A stretch of 64,000 nt of DNA from Eledone cirrhosa (Eukaryota). The position numbers and the translations under genes are program-made. Where the stretch lies: positions 174,778,001 to 174,842,000 of the forward strand of contig OZ024742.1 in assembly GCA_964016885.1 (NCBI GenBank), given 5' to 3'. This document shows, one piece after another, positions 53,946-64,000 of this stretch. The notes under the pieces were generated by a model that saw only the letters and a list, made by a program, of their open reading frames with translations, was not told the DNA's origin and searched no databases. Every line of letters starts with the position of its first letter. Position 1 is the first letter of the stretch.

Positions 53946-55895
53946 CTAGCAGAAGAACCGCCCCGGGCGGTTTTCTGCTAGCATATATAGTGTGTATATT
54001 GATATACGCAAATATATATGCACATAGATATAATACTTAAATTGACAACATGCACTTAAACTGAACAAAGACTGTGTTACACTTACATCTGTAATCAGTA
54101 AAGTAATCCATGATACATTTAAAAAAAGGCGATAATGGAGATGGGAGAGCGATGACGGAAAATGTTCATGAATCTTCACTTGAGAATGTCGATGGGAAGC
54201 TTCAAGCAGTGAATTTGAAAATAGATGCTGGTATGAATAAATGAATTACATTTACCAATATGAAGAGTTGACCGTAGCTATATTGTTGTTTTACAGTATT
54301 CACATATAGACTTCTTAAGTTTTTGTAGTGTCTCTTTTCTAGCAGTTAAAAAGTAACTGAAATGCATTTCAACTAAAAGAGATTGATAGCTGTTTCACAT
54401 CACTGTAGAATTTATTGTAGACACAGTTGTCAGGAAAAATATTAAATGAAAGGTACCTTTCATTTAATATTTTTATATTTTCTTTTTTTGTAACTCATGA
54501 TAATGCAACATACATCTGACCATGTGAGAAGAATTGTGTTGGTAGATATACACCTATCTTTCAAATGTCTGCCCTTATGCCTTGTTGCATGTAAGAGCAA
54601 AGGCTGGTTTGACAGGAAATTGCTTGCGAGTAAAGGTGAAAGGGAACAAGATGTATTTGTGTGTGTGTGTGTCCATTAGATGTATTATTGCATTTCATGA
54701 ATTACGAAGAATTTGCAAGTTACTTCACCAGGGGAGGTTAATAATAGCTTCACTAACTTCAGAAGACGATCTCTGAGTGGTGTGTTATGTATGTGTGAGA
54801 CTGCATCAGATATGATTTATATATATATCAATGGGCGTACAACAGTGCTTAATCTAAGCTATAATAAAGTAAGAAGCGCGGGACTGCGTACAGTTTATAA
54901 TTTTTTATCCCCTAAGTAAAATAAGTTGAATTACTTTGAATAAATAATGAATGAATATTACATAATTTATCTACTAAAGTTCGTGGCTGTTAATTAAATA
55001 TATTTTATTACTTATTTAAAGACTCAGTTCTTTAAAATTTTCAAATTTGAACACTTTCGGTTAGCGATCGTTTAAATAAATATTCATATATTTCTGTCAC
55101 TAATTTTCTCCTAATGCAGTTTATATATAATATCGTCTTTTTTTAATGTATCATGGATTACATTACTGATTACATAAAACAGTATAACACAGTCTTCGTT
55201 CAATTTCTGTGTATATTGTCAATTACGGTTTTATTTGATGTATCATATCGACATGCATATATACTTGCGTATAATATCAATATTCACACTACATAAGCCA
55301 GCTAAAAACCACCCGAAGGGTGGTTTTTCTGCTAGTTATGTTGAATACGTTTTTTAAAAAAGAGTTAATAAATAAAGAGGTAATAAATAAATAAAACGTT
55401 ATACTTGTTTTACCCTCCCATTTCCAATTAAATCGAACGGTATCATGACTGTATGTGTTTTTGTAAATGTATACGTGTGAATGTATGTATGTTTGTGTGA
55501 AAGTATGTGTATTTGTGTGAATTATGTCCGTGAGTGTGTATTTTTATAAGTTTGGGTTTGCGCCATTAGAGTTATATACTCATGCATATAGATGTATGTA
55601 TGTGCAAACTCATACGCGTCAGTGTGTAGAAAATCATAATCGCTCTATCTCCCTCATCACACACTCTCTCTCTTTCTATATATAAGGTAGTTGAAGTGGT
55701 GGTGGCGACGATATACGGAAAGTGCAACTTTGAAAAGAAGTCAGTCTTAGATTATTTAATTTTACGAAATTTAGTACATAAATTATGTAATATTCATTCA
55801 TTATTTAATCAAAGTAATCCAATTTATTTTACTAACTGGATTAAAAGAAATAAACCGTACGCAGTCCCGCAGCCCTTGCTTTATTATAGTTTAGA
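53946..55895 (-). mobile_element. Non-autonomous Helitron (outer)
   Basis: Minus: a|TCTAAACTATAATAAAG at 55895; hairpin + CTAG|t at 53946; both ends homologous to the inner copy. Confidence 0.72.
54853..55335 (+). mobile_element. Complete 483-bp non-autonomous Helitron (inner)
   Basis: a|TCTAAGCTATAATAAAG ... aaaaaccaccc gaa gggtggttttt ctgCTAG|t; A|T insertion, no TSD. Confidence 0.85.
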
Positions 55896-56471
55896 TATTC
55901 CATTTAGGAAACAGAATGATTCTCGACTTCGGAGTTAAGAATAATGTGAATAAATTAGTTGAACGAAAATGACAGATGTTATTAAAATCATAAAAGTAAT
56001 AATAATTAAATATATACATACACACATCTATATACGTACATACACGTGCACACGCAAAAAACACGCGCCATGCGTGCATATACATGCACGTACGTAAACC
56101 CGGCGCGACACATATACCCGCACACCTACGATCGTATACAGCAACTACACTTAACATATATATGTGTGTGTGTGTGTATACATATAATTATATATACATA
56201 TATAAATATAGACGCATAACTGCGTATATAACGCACGCACACATACACCTACAGGTACATACACATATGTTCACCATACGTACATATACCATAGCCCTAT
56301 GTACATACCATACATACGTGCAAACACACAAACAATACCAATATACACACATATACATACATATATGTGTGTGCATAAAAAAATACCAACACACATATAC
56401 ATATAGATATACATATACACTCACCCGCATATACAAACATACAGCAACTCATACACATGCCTAACGATAAT

Positions 56472-56521
<50 letters not shown>

Positions 56522-56524
<3 letters not shown>

Positions 56525-57022
56525 ATACAATAACAGAGATAGCTTAAAGCTAAACTCCGACTAGTAACCATCTCACTCAACAAACATTAGGTTATATATT
56601 AGTATAAACCCAATTTAAGTGTTTGGGGTGCTAACTATATGTATTTTGTGGAAAGCCAGTTGTATTATATTATGAGATATAATTAAAGTTAAAATATATC
56701 TCTCTTTCCAAACAATTGTTTCATTGTAAGTTTTCTACAAATTGGGAGAATGTTTCCAGTTTATGTAGAAGCCTAACATATATTCATGTAAGAATATATT
56801 TATTGGGTACTTATAAATCTTCAGTGGAAGCCCATTAAACTTTGATATCAGAAAAAATTCTTACCGCAGTTAAAAATCGTGTCTGCTAAGCTGCTCCTTC
56901 ACGCATCGAATGACCGCCAAATTTGAAATTCCAGCAGTCTTTTAACTGAGGAAGTTTCATAGCGTCACGAAGCGGGAAAGGGAGACAACCACGATTCACG
57001 AGAAAATAAAATAATAAACACG
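56522..57022 (-). mobile_element. Non-coding hammerhead-bearing element (Penelope pLTR-like) between (AT)n tracts
   Basis: Bounded by (AT)n at 56474-56521 and 57023-57096; contains the 56706-56829 hammerhead. Confidence 0.55.
56706..56829 (-). ncRNA. Type I hammerhead ribozyme with ~80-nt branched insertion in stem II
   Basis: ttcca CTGAAGA tttataag...cttacaat GAAAC aatt GTT tggaa; stem I ttcca/tggaa; palindromic stem III aacaattgtt. Confidence 0.7.
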
Positions 57023-57096
<74 letters not shown>

Positions 57097-57097
<1 letters not shown>

Positions 57098-58378
57098 TGG
57101 CTGAGGTACCCAGCTCCGCCAAGGTTAAATGATAAGAGAAGACCGGCAGAGCAGAAAACGTCTGTATTGAATGCATTGTCTTGTTTAAAGTGTGGGTTGT
57201 GTGCGCGCGCGCGCGTGTGTGTATGTTTGTGTGTTTGCCTGTGTGAGCGTTCGTTTGTGTGTCTAAACTTCCGTTGGACTCGGAGGCATGGGCCGCGAAA
57301 CACGATCATCACTGACAACGAACTCAAGAGAGAATCCCTTATGGTTGATTCCCAACCTGCTAGATATAGTAGTCAGTTTGGTTAGCATACATGGTATGTC
57401 TTTCTTCTTTGGGGTTATAAAATTAGTGTCAATAAACTTTCCTGGATATACTCTTATCCCAATCTGTACATACTTTCTGATTGTCACTTTTGGTTTTTTT
57501 CGTGTGATACGCGAAGGAACCAACCAACAAAAATCTCTCTTTTATATCTCTTTTATTTGTTCATTCAAAATATTTTTCACCTAATTCTGTCGTACAATAT
57601 ACATCAGCAATCGTTATCTAATGTTTAAAACATATGAATAGCTGCGATATATGCACCATATCAATCAAAACGATATGAGAATTGAACACCATACTAAAGC
57701 GCCAGTAAGCTTGCTAAAGAACCTGCAGTTAGAAATGTAAATAAAGACATTTGGCTTGGGTAAACTTCAAGATGTTCTTTCATTGTAGGTTTCTTTTCTC
57801 AGCCAGTACGTTAAAGGAAATTGATAGTTACAACAATAAAGGTTGAACAGAGAACACATGTTTTAACAAACTTTACAATAATTTGTACAACCATAATGGA
57901 AATTCCAAGTAACAGAAAATACATAAATTACATTGTTAGAGACTCAGAGTATACAATATTTTTTGTTCGGCCCTCGGGAACAAAGATGAAGAGATTGTTT
58001 GGCGAGCTCACGCTAGAGCATCCTACATACAATTGACAATGGTTTTCCCAGATGAAAGCTAGCCACATTTAGGGTTTGACCCTGAACTTTGTTGATGGTA
58101 ATCGCGAAGCTTAATCTCTCTGTTGCTCTAGTAACATTTTTTCTTCTGGAAAATCTGATCTTGCGGCCAGGCTAGGACCTTTTGGGTGGCATATCGGCAG
58201 TAACAATGAGGATAAGCCGTCTGTGCTTTCGTGAAATAAATACGTTTGTTTATATTTTGTTTTAGTGTATGCAAAAATATCTGTACACGAATACATAATT
58301 ATTATTGAGTCGGGTAGGATCGATATAGATCGAACCTATCAATAAATGCAATGAAGGAATAATCAATCGTCCTTTTTA

Positions 58379-58458
<80 letters not shown>

Positions 58459-58832
58459 ATTAAAATAACAGATTAATGTTTAAGCAAAGAATCGCTGCTT
58501 TCACACTTAACGGGGTCTTCTGAAACTAAAAAAATCAATCTGTGAACGCAGAAGTAGATATTTCGAAAAACGTTGCAACCGAAAGAAAACAGGAAGATGG
58601 TACTTTGGTTCGTGAAAACGTTAGGAATATCGTATAACCGGAAGTGTTGACATTTGAAAATGTTAAAGAAGTCAATATTTAAATAATGTCTTAATCTTTT
58701 AACAAAATTCAGTGTACCAAAATACCCTCACTTTCTTACTTGGAAAAAGTTACATTTATGATGCAAATTTAGTGCCGTTTGTTCCAGCCGCTTGGCGGAA
58801 AGTTAGTTAGTTATACGGCCGTCAGCTTTATA

Positions 58833-58835
<3 letters not shown>
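57097..58835 (-). mobile_element. Helitron-like element(s)
   Basis: Decayed hairpin + CTAG-like end at 57097-57125; 5'-like ends (atataaaagagagatttttg at ~57548; tatactataaagc at ~58835). Confidence 0.45.
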
Positions 58836-58893
<58 letters not shown>

Positions 58894-58993
58894 TATACAC
58901 AATACATATACATCTATACACACATACACAATACATATACATCTATACACACATACACAACATATACATATATAAATATACATATACGTACAT

Positions 58994-59857
58994 ATGAAGA
59001 ATTAATAAATTAAATAATCAGAGCTATATATCATAAAACATGTCTATAGAAACACCAGATAAAATATATACCGTTTCCTCTCCAAATTAGCATAATTAAC
59101 CATATAAAAAAATCAATTAGACCAAGCTATAAGAATAAAGGCTCCTATGAAGAAATCTGCGACAAATAACCGAAAGCAGCCCCTTCGCGGTTATGATATA
59201 TAGCTCTTATTATTTAATTTATTAATTCTTCATTGAGCCACAATGTGACCCGTTGCAAAACAATATATATCTATGACTTTTTATATATATATATATATGT
59301 AAACCTTTATATGTAATAATCTCCCGTTAGGTTGAGATACAATTTGGCTGTATTGGGCTGCGCTTTCTAGCAATAAGCCTACCAGCCGAAAGCAACTAAT
59401 CACATCCTTTCTAACTTGACCGCTGCCACGTCACGATTCTTAGCCATTTTTGAATGTATTCTTGGCGCGATCACTTTGGAAAATTAAATGTCTAAATCTG
59501 AGCTAACTCCTGATGAATCCGAAGCTCTAGATGTCCCCTGTTATCGGATGTCTTAAAATACAGGCGAAACCATGGTAGAGGTAATTAAATATGTACACAT
59601 TTCTTCTAGTTTATTTTACACCTAATTCTGTTTATTTGACTGTATATCTGGTCGATTTATACATGGTGTCGAAATGTTCGATAAATACTCCGTCGTAACC
59701 GCCGCGAAGGGGCTGCTTTCGGCTATTTGTCAGAGATTTCTTCATAGGAGCCTTTATTCTTATAGCTTGGTCTAATTGATTTTTTATATGGTTAATTATG
59801 CTAATTGGGAGAGGAAACGGTATATATTTTATCTGGTGATTCTATAGACATGTTTTA

Positions 59858-59861
<4 letters not shown>
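58994..59861. mobile_element. Nested inverted-repeat element (Penelope-like termini) inside (AT)n
   Basis: 43-bp IR 58994-59036/59191-59233; ~168-bp IR 59030-59197/59693-59861. Confidence 0.75.
59504..59583 (+). ncRNA. Type I hammerhead ribozyme with two-hairpin stem II region
   Basis: ctc CTGATGA atccga...tcggat gtct...aggc GAAAC catg GTA gag; palindromic stem III accatggt. Confidence 0.7.
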
Positions 59862-59946
<85 letters not shown>

Positions 59947-59958
59947 ATATATATATAC

Positions 59959-60018
<60 letters not shown>
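59862..60018. repeat. (AT)n microsatellite
   Basis: Direct reading. Confidence 0.97.
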
Positions 60019-60021
<3 letters not shown>

Positions 60022-60398
60022 AGCAGAATCAGTGATAAACTGCAGACACAGAATACAACAGTTTTTCTTCGCTGAAAACCATAAACTGGGTCCCCCTGCA
60101 CCAAACCATAACACTCCGGTGGGTAGGCTGCGCAAATAAACACCTGTACACCAATATGCATCTCAGACTCTGCCTGAATTGACAATAGTAAAGTAGCACC
60201 CACGAATTAATAATGGAAAACCACCATCATGTGAACGGGTAATTAGCCCTTTGGAGACAATTATTCAAACACTTGCCAGAGTTACTCCCCTTGTTCTGTG
60301 ACAATAACAACGCGTATGCTTGAACAAAGAATGAACTTTGATGTATGTATCACCTTAAAACCCATTCCGGGTCCTGTACTGAACACTCTAGTTTTCTA

Positions 60399-60440
60399 TG
60401 CCCCTGAAAAACCTTTTTCGGGCGAAACGTACGTAGGTGC
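60399..60440 (+). ncRNA. Minimal hammerhead with core G-to-A change, within pLTR-like segment 60020-60650
   Basis: gccc CTGAAAA a cc tttttcg gg c GAAAC gtac GTA ggtgc; palindromic stem III acgtacgt. Confidence 0.6.
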
Positions 60441-60648
60441 TTTTATATAAAAATGTTCTCAATATACATTCTCCTTTGTAATCCTTTCATTTATAACCGC
60501 TCTGCTTATTTTCTCGCCCACTAAATATTAACGCTTCCAATATTTAACCCTCTAGGCACAAGTATTGAGCACAAATATTGAGCACAACCATTCGGTAACC
60601 AACTATATGTATCGCTTATCCCTTTAAACCTCTTCTTCTCTCTCATAT

Positions 60649-60651
<3 letters not shown>

Positions 60652-60688
<37 letters not shown>

Positions 60689-60895
60689 GTATATATATAT
60701 TATGTATATATATATGTTTTTATATATATGTATATATATGTGTTTATATATATGTTTATATATATATGTTTATATATATATTATGTATATATATATATAT
60801 TATGTATATATATATTTTGTATATATATATTATGTATATATATATTATGTATATATATATATGAATATATATATATATGTTTATATATATATGTT

Positions 60896-60926
<31 letters not shown>

Positions 60927-61017
60927 GTTTATATATATATGTTTATATATATATATATGTATATATATATGTTTATATATATGTATATATATATATATGG
61001 TTATATATATATGTTTA

Positions 61018-61060
<43 letters not shown>

Positions 61061-61174
61061 GATGATAAAATGATGATGATATATATATATTATGTATATA
61101 TATATATATATTATGTATATATATATGTTTACATACAGTATATATGTTTATATATATATAAACATGTATATAAT

Positions 61175-61212
<38 letters not shown>
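60652..61212. repeat. Long interrupted (AT)n tract
   Basis: Direct reading; source of the YI-repeat ORFs. Confidence 0.97.
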
Positions 61213-61213
<1 letters not shown>

Positions 61214-61544
61214 GTACTTATACATATGTGTGAATGCAAGTTAATCAATAAAAATGGCTTCAACTTGCAGATTGATATTGAGATTTTCTGAGCTAATATG
61301 CAAACTGAAGATTGATATCATTTAGTTTCTTTGAATCCAAAATGGTTTTAGTTCTCTGCTTAATAATAATTATTTTATCTTGTCATTGTCGTTTTCTTCT
61401 CAAACATTCATTCCATTTTGTTCTTGTTTTTCATGCTTTCTTTCTTTGTTTTGTTGGTGGTGCTGGTGTTGTTGCTGCAGTCTGGAATTTGATGAAAAAT
61501 GTTTCTTACACAATTCTACATACTGAACACATATATAACTGATG

Positions 61545-61673
<129 letters not shown>

Positions 61674-62659
61674 CTCTCACTTCCTCATTCTCTATTTCTT
61701 CAAATAGATAGAGTAAGTACATTGTTTTCTACCTTTTAAAACAATATGTGTAAAGCTAGTTTTCTGGTTTTCTGAAATTGCTATCTATATTGAATATTGA
61801 ACTAGATAAATTGGTAGCTATTTCAGTTTATTACAATAAGACATTATATGTATTCAGCTTCATTCTTATACAATTATGTCATTCATAGCTCTACTTTAGC
61901 TCAACACCAATATAAATACATACTTATAACTGAGAGTATCTCTTATGAAAGTACATTTACCAGATTACGAAGACTTTAGTGATTATACTTTGAGTTTATT
62001 CTTTTATTGGTTTCAGTCATTAGATACTGACTATGCTGGAGCACTGTCTTGTTGAATTTATTCTTTTTATTGGCTTCAGCCATTAATTTGTGGCTATGCT
62101 GGGGCATGCTATTGAAGTGATTTAGTCAACCATTCCAAACGCAGGACTTATTTTGTAGGTTTGGTAAATATTTTATTGATCTAATTTTTGTTGAACAGCT
62201 AATTTACAGGACATACACTTACAAATCCGCACACACACACACTCATATATAAACACACAACTGCATGCACACATATATATATGAAGAATGAGGGACTTCT
62301 GCAGCTTATATCTAAAAAATTCCCAAGCCTATACGCTTACCCAGAATGTTGCACATTGGGAGTTAACCTGAAATCACCCGGTTGTGAAACAAAATCCTTA
62401 ACCACACAGCCCTGTCTGCTCCTAGCCTTAACAAGACAGCCATATCTACATATAGTCAACCATTACAAACTCAGGACTTATTTTTGCAGGTTTGGTAAAT
62501 ATGTTATTGATCTGATACTTATAACTGAGCTATATCACACAGCTATATCTACATATATCCTTCACACAGCTATACCAACACTTATCCTTAAAATTACTAC
62601 CATATCCACTTCTATCCTTAACAGCACAGTCATACCTACGCTAATATCAGACGCACTTA

Positions 62660-63130
62660 TCTTCAACAACATCTTGATTTACACTGACACAGTGCCTTGC
62701 ACTGCGGAATACCTCATGTCTCTGATCCTCTTGTCACAGAACATTGGCAAACCTCCTACTCTCAGTTTCCTCCGGTGTGAAGTTATACCTGACGTCTAGC
62801 CTTTCTTTTAGCGGCCGAGTATCGGTCTCTACTCTCCCTATTTTTCCAATCCTGCCATGCTTGTCTTTTGTCTTTAATGGCTCTATATCTACCATGCTGT
62901 TCCACCACCAAGTCCCCTCTGTCTTGTTGGAGCTTTGCTCTAACCACAAGTCTCTTCAGTTGCTTGCAGTAGGTTGTCACATCAGAATTTCTAGTTATAT
63001 TCTATATCATACTATTCTAATTCGTCTTCTTTCTCACCATACACATCTTGAAGGACTTTCCTAAATTTATATTTAAGTGAAAGGTCCTTTTGCTTCCATA
63101 CCTTGCTGTGTGTCTCATTCTGTCTCTTGT
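62660..63130 (-). mobile_element. RTE LINE remnant (endonuclease-RT linker)
   Basis: GTWWWNSMVD/RAIKDKRQAWQDWKN...YSAAKRKARRQV. Confidence 0.8.
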
Positions 63131-63469
63131 TTATTGAGATGTCACTAATGACTAACCTATGTTGGGGGGTACATACTTCCCCAGGGTATGCCTTAAAAAG
63201 TGACAGTAAGTATCTGCATAGGTAGTAGTAACTCGTAATGGCAAGGAAGCTGTGTTGTCTAAGACAAGAGGCAGATGACTGAGTGAGTTAGGACTACAGG
63301 ACAGCCTATCTGTAATGACGGCTAGATGGCCCCAGAATATGTTCTCCTTCATACCACAGGCGCTATTAACTGTAGCCTCTGGAGAATTTATCTTCTCTGC
63401 AAGGTTGCAGGTCACTGTTTTGTGGCCATATCAGTAAGTGAAAAGGGAACACCATGGGAAAACAATTCA

Positions 63470-64000
63470 TTTACTACATACCCATACCTATCCTTAACAC
63501 TCGACAAATTTCCTTAATACAGCAGTACCTACACTTATCTATAACACAGCCATACCTACACCTATCTATAACACAGCCATACCTACACCTATCTATAACA
63601 CAGCCATACTTACACCTATCTATAACACAGCCATACCTACACCTATCTATAACACTGCCATACCTACACCTATCTATAACTCAACCATACCTACAGCTAT
63701 CTATAACATAGCCATACCTACACCTATCTATAACACAGCCATACCTACATCTATCTATAACACAGCCCTACCTACACCTACCCTTAACACAGTCATACTA
63801 CACCTATCTATAACACAGCCATACCTACAATTAACACAACCATACCTACACCTAGCATTTACCACACTGCCATAGTGCACCTATCCTTAACACAGCCATA
63901 GCTACACCTAACCTTAACACAATTATATCTACATTTATTCTTAACACTATACCTACAATTATTTTTAACGCATCCATATCTACACCTGTCCTTAACACAA
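63470..64000. repeat. 27-bp minisatellite running off the window end
   Basis: Unit ctacacctatctataacacagccatac (QPYLHLSIT ORF); decayed relatives at 62530-62650. Confidence 0.93.

Noticed and set aside
54685-54738. Minus-strand CTGGTGA...GAAA hammerhead-like motif
   Set aside because: Core mutated; stems I-III not convincingly paired
55304-55328. Rho-independent terminator-like hairpins (also 53946-53981)
   Set aside because: Followed by CTAG|T and paired with TC 5' ends, so better explained as Helitron termini
60687-61291. Long YI/VC/HT-rich ORFs here and at 22964, 37457, 51420, 56084, 59805
   Set aside because: Translations of microsatellites

Overview
AT-rich, repeat-dominated eukaryotic DNA. 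The tRNA-derived SINEs with (ATT)n or (GAT)n tails, the RTE LINEs and the long (AT)n tracts suggest a coleoid cephalopod, probably Octopus (inference). I find no credible host protein-coding gene; the long ORFs are transposon remnants or microsatellite artefacts. Recognisable elements: a degenerate internally deleted Gypsy LTR element (24.5-27.3 kb), two tandem Dong/R4 3' ends in ATT repeats (18-19.3 kb), three CRE-clade endonuclease remnants, many RTE fragments, CR1/Jockey-type remnants, a hAT transposase remnant, TTAA-flanked piggyBac-like MITEs, dozens of SINEs and several minisatellites. The most interesting part is ~50-60.7 kb, a visibly CpG-richer nest of Penelope-like elements and Helitrons in (AT)n tracts. 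It holds at least five hammerhead-ribozyme-like cores, two with expanded or branched stem II. It also holds a Helitron nested in reverse orientation inside a relative, a nested inverted-repeat element and a perfect 40-bp palindrome. All alignments, folds and translations were done by eye, and many boundaries are approximate.
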